Of a stretch of 64,000 nt of DNA, positions 20,378 through 30,370 are shown one piece after another (positions within the stretch are counted from its first letter, which is position 1; each line of letters starts with the position of its first letter). The stretch comes from a bacterium. GTDB taxonomy: Bacteria > Hinthialibacterota > Hinthialibacteria > Hinthialibacterales > Hinthialibacteraceae. The stretch covers positions 1,280,001 to 1,344,000 of the forward strand of contig CAXXMV010000002.1 in assembly GCA_963662285.2 (NCBI GenBank), written 5' to 3'. The translations under genes were made by a program, and so were the position numbers. Below the pieces are notes generated by a model. It made no database searches. It was not told the DNA's origin and saw only the letters and a list, made by a program, of their open reading frames with translations.

Positions 20378-20512
20378 TCCTCTCCTAGCCTCTCCCAATC
20401 TTGGGAGAGGAATGTTTTGCTACAGTGTTTTATACGACTAAAAAAAACAATATATCTGGTTATTTTTCCAAAATCCCTCTCCGCCAAGTTGGGGGAGAAT
20501 TCAAGAGGGGAT
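20378..20512. repeat. CCTCTCCC..GGGAGAGG palindromic repeat pair, copy 2
   Basis: 30 bp (20384-20413) identical to 17227-17256, plus inverted partner tccctctccgccaagttgggggagaattcaagagggg. Confidence 0.75.
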
Positions 20513-20553
20513 TGTTTTCAAAACATTGGATATTCCAATTGATACTATAACAA

Positions 20554-21096
20554 TTATTTGTGGTTAGAGAAATAGTTCTCGATCCATTGGGCCGCGTCAT
20601 CGATATTATCAACCATGGTTAACATGTCGAGTTGCTTTTGTTTAATTTCGGTATGTTCTTGTAAGGCTAAAACGGCCTGTTTCATGTTATCACCGACTAT
20701 CAGAACAGGTTTATCCCATCCGGTAACTACCAGGTTCCAGGCCAGCAGCAGTTCAGCCATTGTGCCGATGCTGCCATCTAGGACGATATAGGCATCTGCC
20801 AGACGCATCAGGGTGGTTATTCGCTCTATCAGATCATTAGTGTTAATAGTATCAGTAAGATATGGGTTGGGAGAACGTTTTGTGAAAGCTGCGCAGATTA
20901 CTCCGGTAATTTGTCCGTTCACTGAATGGGCGCCCCTGCTGCATGCTTCCATGACGCCGGTGTATCCGCCGTTGCAGATTTTGAATTGCGCTTCGGTCAA
21001 GAGTTTGCCTAATTGCTCAGCCTGTTGCGCTTCATGGCTGTCTTGAGAAATGGCGGAACTGCCGTAAACTGCTATGGTTTTACTGAATGGTTCCAT
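20554..21096 (-). CDS. LOG family nucleotide-binding protein
   Basis: IAVYGSS, NGGYTGVMEACSRGA, DGSIGTMAEL (variant of PGGxGTxxE). Confidence 0.82.
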   Translation of the reverse strand: MEPFSKTIAVYGSSAISQDSHEAQQAEQLGKLLTEAQFKICNGGYTGVMEACSRGAHSVNGQITGVICAAFTKRSPNPYLTDTINTNDLIERITTLMRLADAYIVLDGSIGTMAELLLAWNLVVTGWDKPVLIVGDNMKQAVLALQEHTEIKQKQLDMLTMVDNIDDAAQWIENYFSNHK

Positions 21097-21178
21097 AATG
21101 AGTATCTACCCTTTTTTATTGAATTGTTTATATGGGAATTAAAATACCGGTATTATTGAAATAAAATAGGTGAACTCA

Positions 21179-21212
21179 ATCAAGGGTAGAAACTACACTA
21201 CCCTTGGCGCCC
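21179..21212. repeat. ATCAAGGG-hairpin-CCCTTGGCRCCC element, copy 2
   Basis: atcaagggtag-aaactaca-ctacccttggcgccc. Confidence 0.5.
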
Positions 21213-21398
21213 TGTATATTGAACATAATTTCAACTAAAATTTTAATTAAGACATAATATCATTATGCTTTATATAATGGAATTGGCTTTATGCTTGAAA
21301 TAGCGATTAGCTATACTATAATTAAAGAGTAGTTCATTTTCGATATAAGACCGAGAAAATGAAAGTTGTAAGAGATAGATTATTTGGAGCAACTCATC

Positions 21399-21896
21399 AT
21401 GGCGACTATGCAAATCACAATTTATGGCAATGAAGTTTTACGAAAAAAAACGCGTTTTATAAAAGTATTTGATAAACGTCTTAATAAAGTAATCCAGGAT
21501 ATGTTTCATACCATGTATGAAGCCAATGGCATTGGGTTGGCGGCGCCGCAGGTTGGACTATCAAGAAAAATAATTGTACTGGATACCCAGGAGGGTGATA
21601 AGTACGCAATGACCAATCCCAAGATCGTTTGGACCAGCGAAGAGGAAGACACCATGAATGAGGGATGTCTATCTGTTCCTGATGTTGAGGGAGATGTGAC
21701 TCGTCCTGAATCGATCAGAGTGAGATTCAATGATCCTGATACCGGTGAAGAGAAAGAGATGGAAGCATCCGGTCTTCTGGCGCGAGTTATTCAGCATGAA
21801 ACCGATCATTTGAACGGCATTTTATTTGTTGATCACCTGTCAGAAAAAGACAAACGCGCCCAAGCCAGAAAATTACAGGAAATGGCAGTTGTATAG
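21399..21896 (+). CDS. def: Peptide deformylase
   Basis: GIGLAAPQVG, EGCLS, QHETDHLNG. Confidence 0.96.
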   Translation: MATMQITIYGNEVLRKKTRFIKVFDKRLNKVIQDMFHTMYEANGIGLAAPQVGLSRKIIVLDTQEGDKYAMTNPKIVWTSEEEDTMNEGCLSVPDVEGDVTRPESIRVRFNDPDTGEEKEMEASGLLARVIQHETDHLNGILFVDHLSEKDKRAQARKLQEMAVV

Positions 21897-22177
21897 AATG
21901 CTCTTGTGGACGATGCTCTTGATTACCCCTACCCCATAGGCTTTTGTCAAATAGTAATTTAACCGTATTTAAATCTCTTGTAATCAGATGTTTATCGTGA
22001 TTTCCGAAGACTCTTGCCATGAATTGCGCTTAATTTTGGTAAATCAACATAAAACTATTTGAGTGGATATGCGTTATATTGAGATATTAGAAATATAACG
22101 CTAGAGCGGTTAATAAGAGATTAAACAGTTTTTGTATTCGCTCTAAACCAATTTATGCAAAATTTAAGGAGAGAGTA

Positions 22178-23851
22178 ATGAAACGAATTACGCATTGCTT
22201 GATTATTATGGTAGGTTTTATGTTTATAGCGGGAAGCGCTGTTTGGAGCGAAGAGGCCTCCAGCACGCCGTTGCAGGCTGCGCCTAAGTATGCTGCGTTG
22301 TTTAAGAATGGCGTTGGGCTGGTTATATCTGAAATTGATGGCATCAATCAACCGGGGACATATCAGATAACTCCATTGCCTTCGGCTACATTCGGGAGCC
22401 TATGGTTCAGTTGGGAAGACGGGATTGAGTTTGATGGTATTATCGCCACCCAGGCTGAGACTATCGAGAAAATCCCCGCATCCAGCATCCCCGAACTTTT
22501 GGAAGCTAATATCGGCCATGAAGTTGAATTGTGGATCACTAAAAGAGATAAATGGGAAAAATTCAAAATTCTTGATGTACCCAAACGCCGGGAATCTCCT
22601 ATCCTTACGCCGCATCCTGAAAATGAAATTCCGCTTCTTCCTCCACGGGATAGGGGCGAAATTGTTGTGTTACAGGGCGGCGAATCCAAAGAAGCAATTC
22701 CCTTGCATTGGATTGAATCAATCCGCATGTTTCCCGGTGAGCAAATTTTGATGATTGAACGTCCCAAAATGGAGAATGTAGTTCAGGTTAATGTAAAAGA
22801 TGGAAAATCAGGTAAATCAAAAAAAGCGTCAATGACATATATGGCTAAGGGGATTTCCTGGTCGCCCAGTTATATAGTGGATATCAGCAACGATGATAAG
22901 GCGGTCTTTTCTGCTAAAGCCATTATTATTAATGATTTAATTCCGCTTAAAAATACTAATCTAGAACTGATCGCCGGATATCCCCATATCGCGTTCAGTG
23001 AAGCCAACAGCGCTTTTTCGCTGTTACCGTTGAATCAGATACTTGAGCGGATTCGTAGTAGTGGAGATAGAGGAAGAAAGATGGCATTTCCTATGGCGAG
23101 CAATGTGGCTGTTCTATCTCAAAGATCGTATGCTTATGCGGATGCTGCTCCCGCGCCTAATATGCCCTCGACTCCGGTAATGGGTGAGAGTTCGGAAGAC
23201 TTGTATTTTTATCAGGTCAATGATGTGACGCTTAAAAAAGGCGAGCGGGGATATTATCCGCTTTTTGCCGGAGAGATTCCCTATGAGCATATCTATACCT
23301 GGGATATCCCTAATTATATCAACGAAGATACTAATTATAATAACCGGAATGATCAGGAATCGCCTCAGCAGGTGGTGTGGCATTCGTTGAAACTTACCAA
23401 TGTTTTGGATTCCCCTTGGACCACGGCGCCTGCCACCACTATGAAGGATGGGCGTATTATGGGGCAGGACACGGTTAACTTTACTCCCCAAAAGGCTTCG
23501 ACTGATCTGAAAATTACCCAGGCGGCATCAATTACAGCGGAACAGAATGAATATGAAACCAAGCGTCAGCGTGCTGCAGCCCAATTTTATGGGCGGAATT
23601 ATGATTTGGTCACGGTCAGCGGCAAACTTCAAGTCACCAATTATAAGAGTGAATCGGCGTCTATCAGGATAACCAAGAAATTGAGTGGTGAAATTCTAGA
23701 TCGTGATGGAGAACCTGAAGAAACCAAACTGGCTAAAGGTTTGCGGTCGGTTAATCCTGAATCACAGTTAATCTGGATAGTGGATGTTAAACCAGCTAAG
23801 GATAATGCGATTGAATTGAATTATACGTATCAGGTTTATGTTCGGGGATAG
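22178..23851 (+). CDS. Secreted DUF4139-like protein
   Basis: Signal peptide, ALFKNGVG, YMAKGISWSPSY, DLYFY, LTN...PWTTAP. Confidence 0.65.
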   Translation: MKRITHCLIIMVGFMFIAGSAVWSEEASSTPLQAAPKYAALFKNGVGLVISEIDGINQPGTYQITPLPSATFGSLWFSWEDGIEFDGIIATQAETIEKIPASSIPELLEANIGHEVELWITKRDKWEKFKILDVPKRRESPILTPHPENEIPLLPPRDRGEIVVLQGGESKEAIPLHWIESIRMFPGEQILMIERPKMENVVQVNVKDGKSGKSKKASMTYMAKGISWSPSYIVDISNDDKAVFSAKAIIINDLIPLKNTNLELIAGYPHIAFSEANSAFSLLPLNQILERIRSSGDRGRKMAFPMASNVAVLSQRSYAYADAAPAPNMPSTPVMGESSEDLYFYQVNDVTLKKGERGYYPLFAGEIPYEHIYTWDIPNYINEDTNYNNRNDQESPQQVVWHSLKLTNVLDSPWTTAPATTMKDGRIMGQDTVNFTPQKASTDLKITQAASITAEQNEYETKRQRAAAQFYGRNYDLVTVSGKLQVTNYKSESASIRITKKLSGEILDRDGEPEETKLAKGLRSVNPESQLIWIVDVKPAKDNAIELNYTYQVYVRG

Positions 23852-23884
23852 ATTGGATTGAATTTGCAGGTTAAATTAATATAT

Positions 23885-23919
23885 AAAGAAGCCAGACGTT
23901 AATCGCGTCCGGCTTCTTT
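23885..23919. terminator. Bidirectional intrinsic terminator
   Basis: aaagaagccagacg-ttaatcg-cgtccggcttcttt between convergent genes. Confidence 0.65.
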
Positions 23920-23945
23920 AATGTTTGCGTACTTTTTAATAATGA

Positions 23946-25370
23946 TTACTGAACTGATTGTTTACAGCAAGGAGCTGCCTTGGCGCTTGCCGTAAATTTA
24001 GGGCATGTCGCTGCCTTGTCGCAAGCGGCTGCTTTGTCGCAAGCGGCTGTCTTGGCGCAAGCGGCTGCATTGGCGCAAGTCGCTGCATTAGCGCAAGCGG
24101 TTTTTTTTGCGCAGGCGGCTGCTTTGGGGCAGTTAGCGCATGATAAATCTCGGATGCGGATATTGCGCCAGGCGACGCTGACCGGATTATCGCCATTGTA
24201 ACCATGTACTTGCAGGGCGATGAAGCCTTCTTTGGTCATGCCGTCTTCCAGATCAGCGGCGGGAACGTCGTTGACCCATGTCATGATCTTGTCGCCGACT
24301 GCCAGAACGCGGAATTTGTTCCACTGGCCGTTTTTGAAGGCTTGCTGGGCTTTGGGATTATCTTTCAGATCGTACAGCCAACCACGGCGGGCTTCATCAT
24401 AGATGCCACCGCTCCAGGCGCGTTCGGATGGATCGATTTCGACCTGATATCCATGCACCCGGCCATTTTGGTATTCTTTAAGGCTGTGGCTGCGAATCTG
24501 AACGCCGGAATTCATGGTTGGATCGACTTTGGCTTCATATTCCAACTCGAAGTCGGAGTACATTTTCTTGGTGCACATGAAAGAGTTGGGGCTGCCTTTA
24601 GCGGTTGTACCGATGACGACGCCGTCTTTCACTTCATAAGTAGCCGTGCCGTTGATTTGTTCCCAATTATCTAAATTCTCGCCATTGAACAATGGTTCCC
24701 ATTGTGGAGCGCAGGGCAGGGGTTTTACTCGGATGTTGGAATAAGCGATATAACTGCCGGGATCGTGACCCTGGAGCGCGAAAGTTCCACTGGAGAGGCA
24801 TTTGGGCGGTTTGGCGTCTTTTTCGATATAATTGACTACCGTTTTGCCATCAACTTTGATGACGACATGATCTTCCCAGACGGTGATGTGTTCGGTGAAC
24901 CATTTGTCGTCTTGGGCATATTGCTCCATGACGTCGTTGGTGTTATAAAGGCTGCCGGTTTTGCGGGGATCAGGGGCGTAGGTGTTGTTGACCTGAACTT
25001 CGTAACCCTGGCTGGGCCATCCTTCTTTGAGGTAGGCCGTATGGAAAAAGATGCCGCCATTGGCGTTAGGCTTGGTCTTGACGTCGACTTTCAACTCAAA
25101 ATTCCTGAAGTTATTGTCGAGGACGCCGCCAGTGTAGAATATATGGCTGCGTGAACCGTTAGCTATGATCTGGCCGTCTTTGAAAGAAAATGTTTCAGGG
25201 TGGTCTTCATTTACTTTCCAGTCATCGTAGTTAAGCCCATCGAATAACTGAATCCATCCGCCGCCGCATCCACTGCTTTTAGCGCAGCATTGGGCGCTGG
25301 ATGTCATGGGGATAAGGGCTAGGCATAGAATACTAGCAAGCGCGATAGTGATTCCAACTCTTCTGGTCAT
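23946..25370 (-). CDS. Secreted tandem DUF1080 (3-keto-glycoside hydrolase family) protein with Cys-rich tail
   Basis: Signal peptide; two DUF1080 domains (WIQLFDG..GYEVQ..GTFALQGH; WEPLFNG..NSGVQIRS..GYQVEI..GFIALQVH..WRNIRI). Confidence 0.9.
   Translation of the reverse strand: MTRRVGITIALASILCLALIPMTSSAQCCAKSSGCGGGWIQLFDGLNYDDWKVNEDHPETFSFKDGQIIANGSRSHIFYTGGVLDNNFRNFELKVDVKTKPNANGGIFFHTAYLKEGWPSQGYEVQVNNTYAPDPRKTGSLYNTNDVMEQYAQDDKWFTEHITVWEDHVVIKVDGKTVVNYIEKDAKPPKCLSSGTFALQGHDPGSYIAYSNIRVKPLPCAPQWEPLFNGENLDNWEQINGTATYEVKDGVVIGTTAKGSPNSFMCTKKMYSDFELEYEAKVDPTMNSGVQIRSHSLKEYQNGRVHGYQVEIDPSERAWSGGIYDEARRGWLYDLKDNPKAQQAFKNGQWNKFRVLAVGDKIMTWVNDVPAADLEDGMTKEGFIALQVHGYNGDNPVSVAWRNIRIRDLSCANCPKAAACAKKTACANAATCANAAACAKTAACDKAAACDKAATCPKFTASAKAAPCCKQSVQ
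24003..24131 (-). repeat. 18-bp coding tandem repeat (7 units) encoding C-X5 hexapeptides
   Basis: Unit gcaagcggctgctttgtc and variants, giving CPKAAA CAKKTA CANAAT CANAAA CAKTAA CDKAAA CDKAAT C. Confidence 0.9.
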
Positions 25371-25631
25371 GCTTTAATTCTCCTTGTTTAATAATTTGAG
25401 TGCTTTACGGCAGTTTTGGTAATAAACTCCAAAAACGCTATAGTAAAACAATATCATGCTTGATTATTAAGGGAAGGTTAAGTGGATGGCGTATTGAATT
25501 TTTCGTGAAAGGGGAATATACCATTTATTGAGATGTTTTGATAATAGCTACATAACTAATAAAATTATTAAAACTGAAATAAACTATGCCTTATCCCCGT
25601 TAAACTAAATGGAACAATTTGGAGGTTTCTT

Positions 25632-26666
25632 GTGTTTTCTTTATATCGACCCAAAAACAGCATAGGCTTTATTGTTTGCATCGTATTATCTTTAGTAATA
25701 GCCGGGTGCGGTGGAGCGCCATCAAACCAAGTGACCATCTATACATCGGTGGATCGTGATTATTCTGAGCCGATCATTGCAGTGTTTCAAAAGAATAATC
25801 CAGAGCTAAGCGTCAAGGTGGTTTATGATTCTGAATTGACCAAGACGACCGGTTTGTATCAGCGTTTGTTGCAGGAAAAGCAGAATCCACAAGCTGATGT
25901 GTTTTGGAATAACGAAATCGTTCGAACTATCCAACTGAAGAAGGCTGATGTATTGGCGCCGTATAAATCTGCTGCTGCGGGAGATATTCCAGACGCTTAC
26001 AAAGATGCTGATAGTTATTGGACCGGTTTTTCGGCCCGCGCCCGCGTAATGATTATTAATAATGATCTTGTTCCAGAGACAGTTACCGAGACTCCCGCCA
26101 GCATTCCGGCATTAGCTGTTGAGAAATTCAGGGGGAAAACAGGTATGGCCAAGCCGGAATTCGGGACTACCGTAACCCACATGGCGGCGTTGTATACATA
26201 TAATAAAGGCGCTTTAGGTTTTACAATGAACCGGGCGAAATCCAATCAGATGAAATTGTATCCCGGTAACGCCTCGGTGCGTGATGCTGTCGTACGTGGT
26301 GATATCGCCTATGGTATGACTGATACTGATGATGTTTTCGCGGCGTTGGATGAAGGCAAAGCCGTTCGGATGGCCTTTTTGGATCAAAAACAAAATGGCG
26401 CGCTGCTGATCCCTAATACTGTGGCATTGATTAAAAACAGCCCCAATCAGGATGGCGGGGAAAAATTGGTTGATTTCCTGCTTTCGCATGAGGTGGAATC
26501 GAAACTGGCGCAATGCCGTGCGCGTCAGATTCCATTGCGCCCGGCGGTATCGCGTCCTGACGGCGTTCCCGATATCAGTTCCATAAAGATCATGGAAGTA
26601 GATTACAACAAAGTTGCGGAAAATGTTGAACCGTGTCTCGAACTTATGCGCACTATCTTTCCATAA
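25632..26666 (+). CDS. ABC importer substrate-binding lipoprotein (Fe3+/thiamine-like SBP family)
   Basis: Lipobox IAGC; VTIYTSVD, NPQADVFWNNE, FSARARV, IPNTVALIK. Confidence 0.85.
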   Translation: MFSLYRPKNSIGFIVCIVLSLVIAGCGGAPSNQVTIYTSVDRDYSEPIIAVFQKNNPELSVKVVYDSELTKTTGLYQRLLQEKQNPQADVFWNNEIVRTIQLKKADVLAPYKSAAAGDIPDAYKDADSYWTGFSARARVMIINNDLVPETVTETPASIPALAVEKFRGKTGMAKPEFGTTVTHMAALYTYNKGALGFTMNRAKSNQMKLYPGNASVRDAVVRGDIAYGMTDTDDVFAALDEGKAVRMAFLDQKQNGALLIPNTVALIKNSPNQDGGEKLVDFLLSHEVESKLAQCRARQIPLRPAVSRPDGVPDISSIKIMEVDYNKVAENVEPCLELMRTIFP

Positions 26667-28222
26667 GCCGAACCGGCGCATTGGTTCGCGCTCTGTTCTG
26701 CATGATTTTATTATTACCCATCATTTTATTGGGCGTTTCAGCCTATCCCGGCTGGGACGCCTTTTTAATGTCATGGCAAGTTTTTGACCGCATCGCGCTT
26801 TACCGGTTGTCAGGCAGCATAATATTGGCCTGCTGGACCATCTTCTTTTCATGGCTGCTGGCTTTTCCGGTTTATGCTGCATATCTGGGCTTATCTAAAA
26901 GGCGTCGGCAGTGGCTTCTCCTACTGTCGCTGGCGCCATTGTCGTATCCCCCTTTTGGTGCGGCGTCGGCCTGGATGACGGTGATCTCTTATATTGAGCA
27001 ATCCGGCGCCGGGCGTTTATTGTTTGAAAAACGGGGCATGGCTTCGCAGTTTCTTTATAGCCAAGCGGGTTGCGGGTGGATATTGGCGCTATGTTTCTGG
27101 CCGATAGTTTTTCTGCTTTTGGTTTTATCAGCTCAACCCATGCGGCGTCATGTTGAAGCGGCTCAAATATATCTGAGCCGGTGGAGCATGGTTCGATATG
27201 TCTTATGGCCTGCCTGGCGAGAGTCTCTGCTGATTGCATCAATGGTGATCGGCTGTCTGTGTATGCTTCAGTTTGAAACGCCTTCGTTGATGCAACTGCG
27301 GTCTTATCCGGAAGAGATATTTATGCGTTTTTCCATTCCCGAAAACGAATGGAAAGCGCTTTTGCTATGTCTACCGTATGTTGCGACGGCATTTGTGCTG
27401 GCTTTTGCGTTGCGCCGTGCGGGGCGGTGCATTGATTCCCGCGTTACAGACTTGCCTTTTTCTACTTTACCGCCGTTGGTTGTACGAATCTCTCTATGTA
27501 TTAGTTTTATGGTATTTTTGTTGTCAATCCTGATTCCATTGACGGCGCTGATATTGTATGTCGGTTCATCGGGAATTTTGTTTCAATTAATAGTTGATCA
27601 TAACGGACGGTTATGGCGCAGCGTTTTTTACGCCTTGGCGGGGGCGACGCTAATTGTATTACCCGGTATTTTGTATACCAGCAAATCCTCGCGGGTGCGC
27701 AGCGTAGCCGCTCCGGCCTTGTTTACCGCTCTTTTCGCCTGTCCGGGGATTCTTATTGCAGCGGGTTGGTTGAGGCTGCGCGGTTATTGGCCGGGGATGC
27801 TGCCTCCGGGCGTTGGCGTGGCTTCGATGTTGGGCGCTTATGCGACTCACCGTATGCTTTTGGGGTATGGCGCGGGCGTACTGTTATGGCGGACTTATGG
27901 TGAACGGCAGCGTGAGTTTGACGCTTTGATTCCATTGTCGTGGATTACGCGTCTATTGCGGCTTTATATCCCATCCCTGGTTAGACCGGTTGTCGTTGCC
28001 ATCATTCTAACTTCGCTTTTGATTTGGGGAGACGTGGCCATCACTATTTTGCTGCATCCCCCTGGCGGCGATTCGTTGGCCATCGAGTATTTCAATCTGT
28101 TGCATTATGGCAGCGAAACCAGGACGGCGGCGATTGGATTTCTGATGCTTTTTACGCCCGTAGTATTTATTGGGATAGTTTTTCTATTGATGGGATTTGG
28201 TGGATATAATCAAAATGACTGA
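26633..28222 (+). CDS. ABC importer permease (FbpB/ThiP-like, duplicated)
   Basis: ~12 TM helices, VEAAQ loop, FETPSLM, LHPPGGDSLA..FNLLHYG; true start uncertain. Confidence 0.75.
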   Translation: MSRTYAHYLSISRTGALVRALFCMILLLPIILLGVSAYPGWDAFLMSWQVFDRIALYRLSGSIILACWTIFFSWLLAFPVYAAYLGLSKRRRQWLLLLSLAPLSYPPFGAASAWMTVISYIEQSGAGRLLFEKRGMASQFLYSQAGCGWILALCFWPIVFLLLVLSAQPMRRHVEAAQIYLSRWSMVRYVLWPAWRESLLIASMVIGCLCMLQFETPSLMQLRSYPEEIFMRFSIPENEWKALLLCLPYVATAFVLAFALRRAGRCIDSRVTDLPFSTLPPLVVRISLCISFMVFLLSILIPLTALILYVGSSGILFQLIVDHNGRLWRSVFYALAGATLIVLPGILYTSKSSRVRSVAAPALFTALFACPGILIAAGWLRLRGYWPGMLPPGVGVASMLGAYATHRMLLGYGAGVLLWRTYGERQREFDALIPLSWITRLLRLYIPSLVRPVVVAIILTSLLIWGDVAITILLHPPGGDSLAIEYFNLLHYGSETRTAAIGFLMLFTPVVFIGIVFLLMGFGGYNQND

Positions 28223-29261
28223 TACCAACATGGCAGTACAAACCGGCGTATCCATGCGCAATGTTATGTTTAAGCGTGGTGAGCGCGATATTCTCAGGCA
28301 GATGGATTTATACGCCACGATGGGGGGGATAACTGTTCTGTTCGGTCCATCCGGGGCAGGGAAGACCACCTGTCTGCGGTTGATCGCCGGTTTGGAAACT
28401 CCTGATGCAGGCTGCATTTTTATTAACAGAAAAGAGGTATCTTCGGTTGATAAGTGCCAGCATCCCGCCAAGCGCCGTATCGGTTATTGCTTTCAGGATG
28501 ACGCCTTGTGGCCGGCGCTGACGGTAGTTAAACATCTCTCTGTAACGCTTAAATCTTATATGGTTGATGCATCACAGCGCCGAATGAAAATTGATGATCT
28601 ATTGCACCGTTTTGGTTTAGTTGACCTTGCAAACCGATATCCCGCCAATCTGTCGGGAGGCGAAAGAAAACGCCTGGCGCTAGCCCGTGCGTTAGCTGTT
28701 GAACCGGACGTCCTGCTGTTGGATGAACCTTTATCCAGCATAGATGGTCCAGCCCGTAATGAATTGATTACCTATTTACGTCAATGTAAAGCAAGTAACC
28801 GTACGGTTGTGGCGGTGACTCATCAGTTGGATGAAGTCTATGCCTTGGGAGATTATCTGGCCATTCTGATTGAAGGTAATCTGGTGCAGCAAGGCCTGAT
28901 CCGTGATGTGGTTTTGAATCCGCAGACGCGTCAGGCGGCGCTGCTCTTGGGGTACCGGAATTTCTTTTTGGTGAAAATTGAAAATGGAATGATAATTTCA
29001 GAGTTTGGTCGATGGCCGGTGGAAGATGATTATAATGGCCTGGCGTTGGCGGCCTGGTTTGCGGAAGATTTTGTCGCGGCGTCTGATGCTGATGGTCCGG
29101 CGCAGGTTGAATCATGCCGACCGGAAACGCGGCGTTATCGTATTGGACTTAGTTATGGCAATAATCTTTTTGAGTTATTGAGTGATGCAGCATTCCAACC
29201 GGGCGAAAAAATAAGTTTTCGCGTTGAACAAAGACCAGTAATCATAAAGGGTGATAGATGA
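28215..29261 (+). CDS. ABC importer ATP-binding protein
   Basis: GPSGAGKTT, LSGGERKRLALARAL, LLLDEP; TOBE-like C-terminus. Confidence 0.9.
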   Translation: MTDTNMAVQTGVSMRNVMFKRGERDILRQMDLYATMGGITVLFGPSGAGKTTCLRLIAGLETPDAGCIFINRKEVSSVDKCQHPAKRRIGYCFQDDALWPALTVVKHLSVTLKSYMVDASQRRMKIDDLLHRFGLVDLANRYPANLSGGERKRLALARALAVEPDVLLLDEPLSSIDGPARNELITYLRQCKASNRTVVAVTHQLDEVYALGDYLAILIEGNLVQQGLIRDVVLNPQTRQAALLLGYRNFFLVKIENGMIISEFGRWPVEDDYNGLALAAWFAEDFVAASDADGPAQVESCRPETRRYRIGLSYGNNLFELLSDAAFQPGEKISFRVEQRPVIIKGDR

Positions 29262-30175
29262 TGAGAAATTATTGCTTAGCCTTATTTATTGGATTGCTTA
29301 TTCTTTCCGGCTGCGGAGGTGGAGATGGCGACTCGCGCGTTCTGTCTTGGGGATCGCGCGGCGGAATAAAAGGGAAATTCGCTTCGCCCCGCGCCATTGA
29401 CGTCTATAAAGAATTTGTTTATGTATCTGACCGGGTGGGCCGGGTGCAGAAATTTGATTTGCAGGGCAATTACATTCTTGAATGGCGCATCGAACCTTAT
29501 AAGGTCGGAACTGCCTCAAGTTTGTCGGTAGACCAGAATGGAGAGGTCTGGATTCCTGATACTCATAATCAGCGGATACTGCATTTCAACCCTGATGGAG
29601 AACTGTTGTCTTCTTTTGGCGAAAAAGGCGAGGCGCCTGGGCAACTGGGATTTCCCATCGCAATAACCTTTGGCAAGAATGGTGAATTATATATTACTGA
29701 GTATTCCATCAATGACCGGGTGCAGGTATTCTCGCGCGATGGAGAATACTTGAATATATGCTGGGGTGAACATGGCGATGGAGAAGAGCAGTTCAACCGT
29801 CCCATGGGCATCGAAATGGGACGGGATGGTATGCTTTATGTCGCCGATGCCATCAACCATCGCATAAAAGTTTATACCCCTGAGGGGAAATTGGTGCGTA
29901 ATATAGGAGAAAGAGGAACTGAGCCTGGTTATCTGCAATATCCCTATGATATTGATATTGATGAGCAAGGCAATCTTTATATTGCGGAATTTGGAAATCA
30001 CCGCATCCAGAAATTAACCCCTGAAGGAGTATCGTTGGGCGTATGGGGCAGCCCTGGTTCAGCCAAGGGGCAATTGACCGATCCATGGGGCGCGGCGGTG
30101 GATGGAGGTATGTTTTATATCGCGGATACCAAGAATCACCGTGTTCAGGCCGGGCCGGTATCGATTATAAAGTGA
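29258..30175 (+). CDS. NHL-repeat beta-propeller lipoprotein
   Basis: Lipobox LSGC; six repeats of GxF/LxxPxxI...YxxDxxNHRxQ; ATGA overlap with the ATPase. Confidence 0.88.
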   Translation: MMRNYCLALFIGLLILSGCGGGDGDSRVLSWGSRGGIKGKFASPRAIDVYKEFVYVSDRVGRVQKFDLQGNYILEWRIEPYKVGTASSLSVDQNGEVWIPDTHNQRILHFNPDGELLSSFGEKGEAPGQLGFPIAITFGKNGELYITEYSINDRVQVFSRDGEYLNICWGEHGDGEEQFNRPMGIEMGRDGMLYVADAINHRIKVYTPEGKLVRNIGERGTEPGYLQYPYDIDIDEQGNLYIAEFGNHRIQKLTPEGVSLGVWGSPGSAKGQLTDPWGAAVDGGMFYIADTKNHRVQAGPVSIIK

Positions 30176-30370
30176 AAACCTTATTATTGGAAAAAAGCAA
30201 ATATCGCTATATTACCCTTAATGAAATTGCTTGATTGTATATCATTGTTATGATATATGTTGTGTGAAGAATAGGTAGGAGGTTCTATTCTATTTATTTA
30301 ATTATGTCATATAATAATAATTTACCTGTGAGAAAAATGTGAAACAGAATAGTTATGGGAATAATTGGTA

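Noticed and set aside
24003-24131. Tandem repeat as a possible CRISPR array
   Set aside because: Contiguous 18-bp units without unique spacers, in frame within a CDS; no cas genes.
23936-24205. Alternative-frame repeat peptides (QPLA/QAAA ORFs) as RiPP precursors
   Set aside because: Frame shadows of the DUF1080 tail; no RBS and no modification enzymes nearby.
25535-25575. Possible Fur box upstream of the ABC importer
   Set aside because: Only GATAAT matches; the rest is generic AT-rich sequence with no palindrome.
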